A stretch of 64,000 nt of DNA. It comes from a bacterium (GTDB taxonomy: Bacteria; SAR324; NAC60-12). The notes under the pieces are model-generated. The model was not told where the DNA came from, searched no databases, and was given only the letters and a program-made list of their open reading frames with translations. The translations under genes and the position numbers were made by a program. Positions within the stretch are counted from its first letter, which is position 1; every line of letters starts with the position of its first letter. Shown here one piece after another: positions 10,052-20,925 of the stretch. The stretch covers positions 305,465 to 369,464 of the forward strand of contig CBDBHR010000030.1 of assembly GCA_965205865.1 (NCBI GenBank). The letters are read 5' to 3'.

Positions 10052-10984
10052 TTAACCTTTTTTCCCTTTGAATCCTCCATAGCGCCCGCCACCGCCTCTC
10101 AGGCTGGGGTCAAGCAGGTCTCTGAGCGCGTCTCCGAACATGTTGGTGCCCCAGACGACGATGAACAGGGAAAACCCGGGCCAGAGCGCCAGCGCCGGCA
10201 CCCTCTCCATGTAGCGGCGTCCTTCCCAACTGAGCATCCCTCCCCAGCTGGCGACATCAGGGGGCAGCCCAAGACCGAGGAAGCTCAGGGAGGCCTCGGC
10301 AATGATCACGTCGCCAATGGTCACGGTGAAGATGACGATCATGGGCGCCATGATGTTGGGCAGCACATGCCGGAAGAGGATTTGGCGCGTGGGGACGCCC
10401 ACGGCCCTGGCTGCCAGAAAATACACATTTTCCTTGATGCCGATGACAGCGCTTCGCGCGATTCTCGAACCGCTGATGCCGCCGACAATGCCCAGCACCA
10501 GGATGATCTGCAGCTGCCCCTGTCCGACCAGCGACATCACTGTGATCAGAATGAGCAGCCCCGGGAAGGCCATCCAGGCGTCCACAAACCGCTGCACCAC
10601 CATGTCGAACTTGCCGCCGAAGAACCCGGTCGTCGCGCCGATCAGCAGCGCGACCACCAGGTTGATGCTGGTTGCGGAGAGGCCAATGATCACCGAAATG
10701 CGTGCCCCATGGATGATTCGGCTGAGGATGTCTCGCCCCAGCTGGTCGGCACCCAGCGGGTATTGCCAGGAAGGCGGGGCATACCTGTCCAGCAGGTGAA
10801 TCTCGTTCATCCCGTAGGGGGCCAGCATATCGGCGAAGATGCCGCAGAAAAGCAGCAGCAGCACGATGATGCCGCCCACGGTGCCCAGCGGCTGTTCGCG
10901 GACAAGCCTCCGGATGAATTCTACTAAGCGCGAGCGCCTTTTTCGCTCCACCAGGGGAGTTGCTCTCTCTGTTATTTCCGTCAT
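10052..10984 (-). CDS. dppC: ABC permease, DppC/OppC type
   Basis: [38 protein letters not shown]. Confidence 0.9.
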   Translation of the reverse strand: MTEITERATPLVERKRRSRLVEFIRRLVREQPLGTVGGIIVLLLLFCGIFADMLAPYGMNEIHLLDRYAPPSWQYPLGADQLGRDILSRIIHGARISVIIGLSATSINLVVALLIGATTGFFGGKFDMVVQRFVDAWMAFPGLLILITVMSLVGQGQLQIILVLGIVGGISGSRIARSAVIGIKENVYFLAARAVGVPTRQILFRHVLPNIMAPMIVIFTVTIGDVIIAEASLSFLGLGLPPDVASWGGMLSWEGRRYMERVPALALWPGFSLFIVVWGTNMFGDALRDLLDPSLRGGGGRYGGFKGKKG

Positions 10985-10998
10985 GGTTTTTCTGTTTC

Positions 10999-11955
10999 TT
11001 AGCGGTAGCGCACCCTGGGATCAAGGTAGGCGTAGGTCAGGTCGATCAGGAGATTGATGAGCACCACGGCAGTTGCGATAAACAGGTTAATGCCAGAGAC
11101 AATGGGGTAGTCTCGCTTTGAAATGGAGTCCAGCAGGAGACTGCCTAAGCCGGGGAGGACAAAGATCTGCTCGATGATGACCGAACCCCCGATGAGGATG
11201 GGCAGCTGAAAGCCGACGATGGTCACCACCGGAATGAGGGCATTCTTCAAGACATGCCGCATCACGACGATCTTCTCCTCGAGTCCCTTCGACCAGGCAG
11301 TCCGGATGTAGTCCTGCCGCAGCACCTCCAGGGCCATGGTGCGTATCATGCGCATGGTGGTTCCCGAAAGGACCGATCCCAGGATCGCGGCTGGGAGGAG
11401 AAACATTCCCAGATTCCCGAGCGGGTCCTCCGTGAAAGGAATCAGTTCCATCGAGGGGGACCACCCCCACCAGATAGCGGGGTAAAGCATGACCATGGTC
11501 GCTGTCCAGAAGGTCGGGACTGAGATGAAGGTCACGGCGATGCCGCGCCCAGCGTAATCGCTGATGGTATTCTGGCGAATGGCCGAGTAGATGCCGATCG
11601 GCAGCGATATCAGCAGTCCGATCATAACGGCAAACACTCCCAGCTCAAACGTCACCGGCAACCTGGCTAATATCTTCGGGGTAATAGGTAGCTCTCCCCT
11701 GAGTGTCGTCCCCAGGTCGCCTTGAAGGACTCCTCCAATCCAACGAGCATACTGGACATGTACCGGCAGATCCAGCCCGAGCTTATGCCTGATGAGTTCA
11801 CGGTCCACGGAGGTGCTCGACGCCGCGGGCATTTCGGACACCATAGCGTCGATAACATCACCGGGGATCATGCGAACGACAGCAAAGACGATGATAGTCA
11901 CCAGAAACAGGGTGGGGACTAATAGCAGTATTCTTCTGATGATGTAGGTGCGCAT
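10999..11955 (-). CDS. dppB: ABC permease, DppB/OppB type
   Basis: DYIRTAWSKGL, YAYLDPRVRY. Confidence 0.9.
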   Translation of the reverse strand: MRTYIIRRILLLVPTLFLVTIIVFAVVRMIPGDVIDAMVSEMPAASSTSVDRELIRHKLGLDLPVHVQYARWIGGVLQGDLGTTLRGELPITPKILARLPVTFELGVFAVMIGLLISLPIGIYSAIRQNTISDYAGRGIAVTFISVPTFWTATMVMLYPAIWWGWSPSMELIPFTEDPLGNLGMFLLPAAILGSVLSGTTMRMIRTMALEVLRQDYIRTAWSKGLEEKIVVMRHVLKNALIPVVTIVGFQLPILIGGSVIIEQIFVLPGLGSLLLDSISKRDYPIVSGINLFIATAVVLINLLIDLTYAYLDPRVRYR

Positions 11956-13069
11956 ATTATGGATTCATCTGCATCGACAACACCCCCTCGACACGAAGGA
12001 GCTGAGGGACTAAGCCCCCAGCACCCTCTTTGTATCAGGTCAGCTTAAGGCGTGAACCCCTAGTGCCCCATCGATTCCTTCAGCTCCTGGTCAACCCAGA
12101 GCCGGGAATAGATGGTATGGTTCTGGCCGCCTCCTATGGTATACTCACCGTTGTAACCTCCGAGCCACGGCTGGCTAAAGTGATACACAGGCGATCGCGG
12201 ACCCCATACTTCCCACTGCTTCTTTATGTAGTACATATCGGCCTTTCTCACCAGCCTCTGCATCTCCTCGTAGGTGGAGGCGCTTTCGGCGGCTTCCACG
12301 ATGGCGTCATACTCAGGGTCCTGGACCCCGGACAAGTTCCAGTTTTCATTCGAGTAAGCCATGATTCGTATGTATACGAGGGCGTTATAATCGGTGCCCC
12401 TTTCTCCCAGGGCCATACCTTCATAAGTATGGGCATTCCAATGAGAGCTCAGAGTCGGCACGTTGGTCAGGTTAATCTCGACATCGACGCCAATCTTCGC
12501 CCAGTAGTCCTTAGCTACTTGTGTATACTCTGGATCCCCACGAGTGTCATCAATGAGGAGGGTGGTCTTGAATCTAGTGCCGTCAGCGCCGCGCGGATAC
12601 CCAGCCTCATCAAGCAGCTTCTCGGCCCTTTCCGGGTCATAGCCATAGTTTGCCTTGACCTCTTCCGGCCACTCCTCAAATGGGACGTAGAACCCGATGA
12701 CGCCTCTCCCAACCATCCCCATCGGTTTCGTCACTCCCAAACCATCATAGAGGCTCTGGTTGATTGTCTCTATGTCTATTGCCAACTGCATCGCCTGACG
12801 CACCCGGATGTCACTAAAGGGCGGCTTGCGCACATCCATGGCATAAGAAGTTTTCGATTTACCGTATATGCTGTGTGTCATCACGAGTTCAGGGTTGGTC
12901 CGCTGGAGGCTCTCTGCGTCGTCTATGCTTAAATCCCTCACCAGAGTAAGCTTACCGGTCCGTAGTGCCGCCAGTCGTGTCGCTAAATCTGGCATGAATA
13001 ACATCTTGATCTCGTCAGCGTAGGGCAGGCGGTTCCCCGGGAACTTCTCATCGTCTTTCCAGTAGTTAG

Positions 13070-15052
13070 AAAAATACTCCTAAATGACATTTCTTCAATT
13101 TCACAGGAAAATTTGTTTGATACAGTTTCAGATGGCCAGAATCAGCAAAAAAGATTTTTGATAAGTTTTAAAATCTTCCGATAGGTGAATACCATTAAAT
13201 ATCATGAGTTTCTAATTTCAGCCAAGCACTATAGACCCTCTCGAAAATAGTAAATATAACCGATTGGATTCTATTTGATTCTCTATGATTCAATATGACG
13301 AGAAAACGATTTATTTTTGTTTTTTATTCGCCCACAGCACAGTTTTTATAGGGAAAAAATCTTTTTTGGACATACTTTCCTCGCCCCTGCTCATATTTCA
13401 CACTCCCCCATTGAATATTCAGGCCGCTTGTTTGAGTTGTCTTTTTTTCAACTCAATCATTTTGCAAAAATTATAGGTTAATGCTTTTTCCAGCAACTCT
13501 GCCCGAACGTTTTCAATCCCTCTGCGCATAACTTGTCCGAAATGGAAACGATGCTTAAGATGAAACATCAACGACTCTGCAGCAGATCTTCCATTTCGTG
13601 ATTCCAAATAGATTTCACTTTCCCATTCTTCAATCGGGGTCATCTTTTTTCCCTTTGCCCCACTAATACTAAAAACCTTAACGCCTTTGCCCATCCACTT
13701 TTCTCTGATCGCCTGATTGGCATATCCATCATCAAGGCTCACTTCAGAGGGAATGGTGATGGTGCATCTCAAATGTTCAACAAGGGCAGGGTCGAGTTGC
13801 CCTGAATCAGCAGCATTGCCCTCCGGAGTAATTAACACGGAAATAAAACCATTTCCGCTCCTTCCTAATTGAGGCTTATATCCGATAAGCGCTTCTCGAT
13901 CTCCCTTTTGAATATAAGCCGAACTCTGATCGGAAAGACTCAATACTTTCTCAGTAGAAGGAACCTTCTTTTCTTCAAAAACTCTTTGATGACAGTAGAT
14001 GATTACCCGTTGCAAATTAGAAATATCTTCATTCATCATTTCAATGAGGCGAATCAAACGCGTTTTCCGAGAAGGGGGGAGAAGAGCTTTTTGGGCACGG
14101 ATATCCACCTTTGCCATTTCTTTTAAAAATTTCCCATGAGCGCTTTGAGCTTTCTTCAATAGGGTTTTGTAATGTTTTTTTCGCTTCGTTTTACTGTCCT
14201 TTTTACCTGTCTCAAAAGCAATCATCTTAGAGAGCTTATTCATCTCCTTGATGAGGAAATCAAAATTTCTTTCACTGATCTCAGCGATTCCAAATGTATC
14301 AAGGGAACGCCCTCGATGGTAGCTTCGCTCCACGAGACGAGTCAATATCGACGAATCAGTAGGCCAAGCTGTATTTCCTTTTACAGAGGTGCTATCCAGT
14401 TTTAAAATATCAAAATCGTCCAACTCTTCATTGAGAACCATTCGAATTTGAGCATCGAAAATAAACTGTCTGGTCTCGTTGCTGACAGCATTGACATTAT
14501 CAAGGATTGTACTCGCTCCCGGCATTTTCAATCCACGGTTGAGCAGAAGCAGATGCAGTGTGATTGACTCTGAAAGAAATATTTGGGCCGTTTGGGATTT
14601 GATACTTCCTAAGTATCCCCGAATCATCATAAAAAGGTAGACTAAAAAAGCCGACATCCGAGGACACCCTATTTCCAGCCTCAGTTCTTCCGGCTTCAAT
14701 TCCTCATCTTCTACGGGAAGATGAGGAAGCCATGGATTCCGGGCTTCCTGCCATCGTTTATCCTCTAAACGCTCTTTCTTTTTATTTCTTGCGTATTTCT
14801 CCAAATCCTGTTCAATTTTGTCCAATATCTCCGGCTCTCGCTCAGACAATTGATCAAGTTCTGATAAGAAATTTTCAAATTCTGTATCAGGAGCGCTTAA
14901 AAAAAGATGTTTTTCTGCTCGAATGAATGGTTTCATTTTGGGTGCCATAATTCTTAATATTGAAGTTATTCACAGTTATTTCAATGAATTATGGCACTTT
15001 TTAACCTCAAGTTAAAGATATAATTCTAAAAAATACCTTTTCGGCTAGGATC
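13070..15052 (-). mobile_element. IS element, ISNCY/IS5-like
   Basis: Flanked by 7-bp direct repeat TAGTTAG (13063-13069, 15053-15059); AT-rich; encodes a DDE transposase. Confidence 0.8.
13419..14948 (-). CDS. DDE transposase (ISNCY/IS5-like)
   Basis: LDSTSVKGNTAWPTDSSIL, GYK, SLDDGY, RSAAES..HLK. Confidence 0.8.
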   Translation of the reverse strand: MAPKMKPFIRAEKHLFLSAPDTEFENFLSELDQLSEREPEILDKIEQDLEKYARNKKKERLEDKRWQEARNPWLPHLPVEDEELKPEELRLEIGCPRMSAFLVYLFMMIRGYLGSIKSQTAQIFLSESITLHLLLLNRGLKMPGASTILDNVNAVSNETRQFIFDAQIRMVLNEELDDFDILKLDSTSVKGNTAWPTDSSILTRLVERSYHRGRSLDTFGIAEISERNFDFLIKEMNKLSKMIAFETGKKDSKTKRKKHYKTLLKKAQSAHGKFLKEMAKVDIRAQKALLPPSRKTRLIRLIEMMNEDISNLQRVIIYCHQRVFEEKKVPSTEKVLSLSDQSSAYIQKGDREALIGYKPQLGRSGNGFISVLITPEGNAADSGQLDPALVEHLRCTITIPSEVSLDDGYANQAIREKWMGKGVKVFSISGAKGKKMTPIEEWESEIYLESRNGRSAAESLMFHLKHRFHFGQVMRRGIENVRAELLEKALTYNFCKMIELKKRQLKQAA

Positions 15053-16298
15053 TAGTTAGGATTCTTCGTATAGGTGATAGCGCTGCCCCCTACCCAGTCG
15101 GTCAGCTCATAGGGTCCGGTGCCGACCAGGTTCCTCCAATCCTGAGCGTTGCCATGCTCCTTGATTACCTCGGGGGGATATATCCAGCCTGTCGGGTGGC
15201 TATTGTAGTAAATCTGATCCCGCGCATTGAAGTTTACCTGCTTCAGCTTGAAGACAACGGTGTACTTGTCGGGCGCCGTTATCGATTCAATTGGCAAGTT
15301 GGTGATACTGGCGTCGCCCGGGCTCTTCTCGGTGAAACCGCTGCCCAGGCCCGTTACCCGGTGGTAGGTAAACACGACATCATCGGCAACCAGCTCACGC
15401 CCGTTCATCGGCGCCTTATTGTGCCAGTGAATGCCCTTGCGGATTTTGAAGATTATGGTCAGGGGGTCTGGCATTTCGTAACTCTCCGCCAGATGTGGTT
15501 TAACAACCTCGATAGGAGTATGCCACCCCATATAGCCCCATTTGTCCCTGGGTATTGCCCAGTCCACCATGCCCAGCTTATCTAAAACGAGATTAATGGA
15601 TTTATACGGGAGCGTGCCCCACCAGGTGTCAGTGTGCGGCGGCTCGTCAAGGTCTGCGGCGAAAACAATTTGCCCACCGTATTGAGGCGCTTTTATCATC
15701 TTGCTAGTGGATGGGTCTTTGACCATTTCCTGGGCAAAAGCCACCGAGCCCATCGCCAGAGCAATCGCCCCCGACACACCAAACCACATCCATTTTTTTA
15801 TTCTTTGCTTAATCTTTTTCATAATAATTTCTCCAAATACGATTGAATTAAAAAGGGATTTCGAAAGGGATTTCGTACTCCCACCATTGCTTCTTTTTTT
15901 CATTCTATTCCTGATCTTTTTCATGATTATCTCCTTTCAAATACTATTGAATTAACAAGGGATTTCGAAAGTGAATTCGTACTCCCACCATTGCTCCTCT
16001 TATTTTTAGTAGCATCCATCATTTCTCCTTTCTTGTGATTTAGGGTGAAGGACGCACTCAGGCGTCCATGATTTTCCAAATACCCCATTTTCCTTCGGTT
16101 CCTGGAGCTTGGAACGTAGGACTTGGGGCTTGGAATTTGAAACGAGAAATCTTAAGGATCTTTCCCCTTCGGACTGGGCGCCACATCCGCGTCGCTTCCG
16201 GTACGCCGATGCACCGTATGCGGGGGGCCGCCTCCGGACCACCGAGCGCGGATCGCCGTGTGCAGACCAACCGTACCAACGGTCCCGTCGAGATGACA

Positions 16299-16468
16299 CT
16301 AGTATCGTAAGGCAAAAGTTCGTACATGTTTTTCTCCTTCTGGCTATTCGTAGCGTTGTCATTCCGGGCGAAGACCCGGAATCCAGGGTCCGTTTCGATA
16401 CCCTGGATTCCGAGTCTTCGCGGGAATGACACGGAGAGTGTGTACGAACTTTCGCCACAGTGTACTAG
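16299..16468. mobile_element. MITE-like insertion with ~28-bp imperfect TIRs (CTAG ends) enclosing a REP-like hairpin
   Basis: CTAGTATCGTAAGGCAAAAGTTCGTACA / TGTACGAACTTTCGCCACAGTGTACTAG; absent from the paralogous SBP1 leader. Confidence 0.65.
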
Positions 16469-16530
16469 GGATAGAACTTGGGACTGGGAACTTAGAAATT
16501 GGGAACGGGAAACTAGGAACTGATAACTTA

Positions 16531-17456
16531 GAACTTATCCTTAAATAACATTAACTTTCCTGTAAGTTATGATAGCTGCAGCCAATTGAAGCAGTGCGAG
16601 ATAAGTTTGATTATATTTTTCGAATCGGACCATTATCTTGCGAAATCTGTTGAACCATGAATGGCTCACCTCGACGACCCATCTTCTGGGTCTGTATTGG
16701 GGATTTGCTTTTTTTTCTTGAATCTCTTCACCCCGTTTTTTCACATGTGGCACATAATCATTGGATCGAATGATCTGTGATGCTGGCTCACCGTGGTAGC
16801 CTTTGTCTGCGCACAGATGTTGTTCAATGCCCTCAGGCCGCGCAATGACGATTTCCTCCAAGACCAATTCCAACTGTGTCACATCATGCCGGTTCGCCCC
16901 GGTTACGACGAGGGACAGCGGGACACCACGGCCGTCAACCAGCAAATGACGCTTGCTCCCTTTTTTTTCCCCTGTCAGTCGGGTTTCGACCAACGGTTTC
17001 CTGAGCCAGTGGGGCTTTGACAGTCGTGCCGTCTATGCTTTGCCATTTCCAGGAGATCCCTTCCATCTCATCATATTCGGCAAGTCCGGCTTGCCAAAGC
17101 GACAAAAAGAAACCCGCTTCATTCCAACGCATGAAATGAGCATGGATGGCACTAGGACTCCCATATTTTTCCTTGGGAAGGGCTCTCCATTGACAACCGG
17201 TGCGCAAAACATATACAATTCCCTCGAAAATTTGGCGCGCAGGCATTGGCTTTCTACCACCACCGGGTTTGCGCTTGTAGGTCTTGTTCGGGTCACGTTT
17301 GGGTTTTGGTATCAGTGGCTCCACTCTGGCCCAAAATGAATCAGATACTTCCCACGACTGTACTTTTGCCATATAGCCTCCATGCGTTTATGGTTGAACA
17401 TGATGACAAAAATAATGCAGGAAATACCAATTTTCAAGTTATTAAAGGATAAGTTC
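16531..17456 (-). mobile_element. IS5-family element with two-ORF transposase (17372-16935 and 16993-16541)
   Basis: TIR GAACTTATCCTTAAATAAC, TTA target duplication, A8 slippery run at 16961-16968, LRTGCQW, DKGY and RWVVE motifs. Confidence 0.9.
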
Positions 17457-17484
17457 TTAATAATTAATTGGGAATTGGGAATTG

Positions 17485-17596
17485 GGATTTTGGATTTTGG
17501 ATTTTGGATTTTGGATTTTGGATTTTGGATTTTGGATTTTGGATTTTGGATTTTGGATTTTGGATTTTGGATTTTGGATTTTGGATTTTGGATTTT
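17485..17596. repeat. (GGATTTT)x16 heptamer tandem repeat
   Basis: Direct count; preceded by GGGAATT units. Confidence 0.95.
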
Positions 17597-17597
17597 G

Positions 17598-17627
17598 AGT
17601 TTACTCTCATAACTACCTTATTGGCAA
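17598..17627 (-). promoter_or_regulatory. candidate sigma70 promoter for the SBP2 operon
   Basis: TTGCCA-N18-TAAACT immediately upstream of the heptamer tract, as in the SBP1 leader. Confidence 0.45.
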
Positions 17628-18455
17628 TATCTTTAATTTATACTTGAAACGGGTTAATTTCAGACTTTCATGTCATCCTGAGCAATACGAGGGAACGCAT
17701 TTTTGCCTTTTCGTCCCTAGAATAAAATATTATATAAGGCTCTGCAAATGTTTATCAAGCCTTTTTTTATATAAATACCGCGACTCACTGAATTGCCATT
17801 CCGTCTTCGGATATTGGAAAAATATGTTTACTCGATCTGGAAATGTTTGTCAACTTTTTTTAAACGGCGACTATTGCCCTTTCTTTCCTGGAATAAAATA
17901 TTGTATAATCACTCTGCAAATGGTTGTCAAGCATTCAAGGCTATCTGTTCTCAGCTACAGCGGCCCGCGTAGGGTTTTCACTTACAAAAATAACCTGTAT
18001 ATCAATATGATTCAAAAACTGATAGCTGACAGCAGAGGGCTAAAAGCTAATTTCAGATGCAAAAATACAGAGATGAAAATGGAAAGTCAAACATTTTTCT
18101 TAAAAAAATTAAAGGTAACTTTCAGGTCTCTGAAAAACCCGTTTAGTTCAATATCGGTGAAAAAAGATTCCCGAGGAGGATCCATCACTTCACTTCCTCC
18201 CGCACCTATTTTGAATCGAACGGGCGGGAACCCTCCCAAGATTTTGTTCAATCGATCGAGCGGGAACCCTCCCACAGCTAATTTTGAATCAAACAAGCGG
18301 AAATCCTCTCCTTGCCTAAAACAACAAGGCATGATTTCAGCACTACTACGCGGCGCAAAGCCTATAGCAAGTTTGGATCAGGAGAATTGCGCAATAATGG
18401 AGGTCAGCTATAAAAAGATTTATTGCGTCCATCTTCGGCATGAGCCAAAAAGCGA

Positions 18456-18950
18456 ATGAAGGATTATGTTTATTATGGAAAGACGGAATTTCGTGGCATC
18501 CATAGCAATGATCTCTTAAAAATCCGTGAGAAAGTCAAAGGCCCCGATCATCTCACTCACCTTCAAGCAAAAAAGAACATCTTCCCTGAATACTACTTGA
18601 TCCGTGTGGAGAACTTCCAGGATATGATCGAAGCAGACTTGGATGAATGGATCTATCTGTTAAAACACGAATCCATCAAGTCGGAATTTAAATCGAAGCA
18701 CATTCGTGAAGCCGGGAAAAAATTAGACCTTGTGACAATGGGTTCTGAAGAACGCAAACACTATGAAAGGTATCTTATGCATTTGGTTTCGGAACGAGGA
18801 ATCATCGAAACGGCAAAAGCAGAGGGGAGAGAAGAAGGAATCGAAAAAGGAATCACTGACATGGCAAGAGAAATGAAACAAAAAGGGATTGATTTAAAAA
18901 TGATCAGTGAAATTTCCGGATTGTCTCCGGAGAAAATTGAAAAATTATAA
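18456..18950 (+). CDS. Rpn/PD-(D/E)XK nuclease-transposase family, C-terminal part (probably truncated)
   Basis: FPEYYLI, LDEWIYLLK, AEGREEGIEKG, ISEISGLSPEKIEKL. Confidence 0.7.
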   Translation: MKDYVYYGKTEFRGIHSNDLLKIREKVKGPDHLTHLQAKKNIFPEYYLIRVENFQDMIEADLDEWIYLLKHESIKSEFKSKHIREAGKKLDLVTMGSEERKHYERYLMHLVSERGIIETAKAEGREEGIEKGITDMAREMKQKGIDLKMISEISGLSPEKIEKL

Positions 18951-19115
18951 GATCCTCTTATGCTTCCCTGAAACGAGCTGACCAACGGATCAACGTTGAC
19001 TTGTGACCCCGCGCTTTTCTCAAAAGTTTCTGCAAGATTACAAGTCCATCTCATTTTCAAAGTTCAGTGAAATGTCACAAGCATGTTATCCAAGGCGTTA
19101 GAATGACAACATATT

Positions 19116-19309
19116 CTGGACTTTGGACATTCGATTTATTCTTTTAATTTTCATTATTCAATAATATCAGTTGGTTGAAATTCTGTAAAAAATTAATACA
19201 GGTTGCTGTTTTCCGTTTTTGATGATACGACCTGTATTAATTCCAATACAGGTTCGTAAGATGTTGATTTTATTAAACCCAAAAGTTGGATAAAATGTTC
19301 AAAGTCGAG
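19116..19309. mobile_element. 194-bp MITE, copy 1
   Basis: TIR CTGGACTTTGGACATT/AATGTTCAAAGTCGAG; 8-bp TSD AACATATT. Confidence 0.85.
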
Positions 19310-19333
19310 AACATATTGTGAGTAGATCAATTT

Positions 19334-19588
19334 ATGGGAAAATACGATAAGTTGATTCTCCGAATATTGCGGGGAAACTCCGATGAAAACATTGCTTTTG
19401 AAGACTTGTGTGAGTTGTTGAAGCGACTTGAGTTCGAAGAGAGAACAAAAGGCAGTCATCATATTTTTCGAAAGACCGGTGTGGAGGAAAAAATCAATCT
19501 ACAGCGTGATGGTAGTAAGGCAAAATCTTATCAGGTTCGTCAAGTTCGGACTATTATTGCAAAGCATAAGCTTGCTGGAGACGAATAA
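19334..19588 (+). CDS. hicA: HicA-family toxin
   Basis: KGSHHIF, KAKSYQVRQV. Confidence 0.85.
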   Translation: MGKYDKLILRILRGNSDENIAFEDLCELLKRLEFEERTKGSHHIFRKTGVEEKINLQRDGSKAKSYQVRQVRTIIAKHKLAGDE

Positions 19589-19800
19589 TGTTTAAATATG
19601 AAACAATAATTTATTGGAGTGAAGAAGATCAAGTGTACATAGCAGAAGTTCCTGAATTACCGGGATGTATGGCACATGGCAATTCATACGAATTGGCTTT
19701 AAGCAGTGCAAAAGAAGCCATTCAATTGTGGCTCGATACTGCCAATGAGTTTAGTGATCCCATTCCAGTGCCTAAAGGGCATCGGCTCATGTACGCTTAG
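19588..19800 (+). CDS. hicB: HicB-family antitoxin
   Basis: YWSEED..AEVPELPGCMAHG..PIPVPKG. Confidence 0.9.
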   Translation: MFKYETIIYWSEEDQVYIAEVPELPGCMAHGNSYELALSSAKEAIQLWLDTANEFSDPIPVPKGHRLMYA

Positions 19801-19998
19801 GAGCATATTCAAGAAATCGCTCAAAAAGAAGGAGTATCCATCAACCAATTTATCTCTTCGGCAGTCTCTGAGAAAATCTCAGCAATCATGACAGAGGAAT
19901 ATTTGGAGCGAAGAGCTAAGAGAGCGGATAGAAAAGAATTTGGAAAAATTCCAGATCAAGTCCCTCACCGTCCTCCAATAGCAGGAGTTGAGCTGTGA
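19801..19998 (+). pseudogene. 5'-truncated RHH-type antitoxin
   Basis: IAQKEGVSINQFISSAVSEKISA..YLERRA, no start codon. Confidence 0.6.
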
Positions 19999-20181
19999 CC
20001 TGTCCAACAATGGCATCCGGACGGACCTTGACCACAGCGCTTTGATTATGGCAATGTCGGAGGTTACCCCGAGCACAACGATGATCTGCAGACAGATCAT
20101 TTTTGAGGAAGCAAATAACCGGTGGGACGGCAAGCACGCCGCCGTCCCACGGGGTTTAGGGGATTCCTGGAGCAAGGCGAG

Positions 20182-20492
20182 ACTAGTGCCCCATCTCTGG
20201 CTTCACTCTTTGTCGACCCGGAGGTACGCGAAGATGTCACTCCGGTTCATGGGGCCGAGCTCCTCTTCGCTGTTGTAGCCCTTGATCCATGGTTGGGTGA
20301 CACCGAACAGGGGAGTTATTGGCCCCCTGATCGTCCACAGTTGCTCGGCGACGCGCAGGTCGGCCTTCCGCAGCCACTCCTTCTGCTCCTCTATCGTGAT
20401 AGCGGCCCGCGCATTCTCGAAGTACTCGTCAAAAACGGGGTCGCTGTTGTTCGAGGGATGCCAGGAGTTCTTCGAATAGTATGCCGCGATCG
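20182..20492 (-). pseudogene. family-5 SBP C-terminal fragment
   Basis: QPWIKGYNSE..LRVDKE with frameshifted EMGH end; followed by a hairpin like that after SBP1. Confidence 0.8.
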
Positions 20493-20849
20493 ACACCGGG
20501 GCACTTCAAGCGCGCGGATGCCATGGAGTACCTCGCAAATGCGCAGGATGCGTGGTTTCCGCCAGATGAGCCTGACGAGACCGAGTCGATTGAAAGCTTG
20601 ATCGAACGGCTCGACGCAGCGGTCCTCGGGCTAATCGAGGCATTGGACGATGACAGCGCTGATCTGCAGCGGCTACTCGACGAAGCGCGTCGTTCTCATG
20701 ATGACACTCATTGGATGTGAATCTCCCGATCAACATGTACGATTCAATACTGATCTTGAAACCCGCTGGAGTTGAGCGATTACTAATTCGAGACACGCAT
20801 CAGGGTACAGCGAGAACAATAGGGTCACCGAAGTTAGCAGCTGAAAAGG

Positions 20850-20925
<76 letters not shown>

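Larger units (their letters stand above)
12060..15822 (-). pseudogene. family-5 SBP (SBP2) interrupted by an IS
   Basis: N-half ends TYTKNPN, C-half resumes YWKDDEKFPGNRLPY; in frame once the insertion and one TAGTTAG copy are removed. Confidence 0.9.

Noticed and set aside
9965-10927. Long antisense ORFs (also 1995-3165, 24115-25128)
   Set aside because: Shadows of GC-rich genes on the opposite strand.
17382-17612. ORF with WILDFGF repeats
   Set aside because: Translation of the GGATTTT tract; not a credible gene.
17644-18459. 271-aa ORF
   Set aside because: No motifs, odd composition, and it overlaps promoter-like repeats.
20495-20690. Possible helicase-like gene fragment beside tRNA-Asn
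   Set aside because: Too short and lacks a diagnostic motif.
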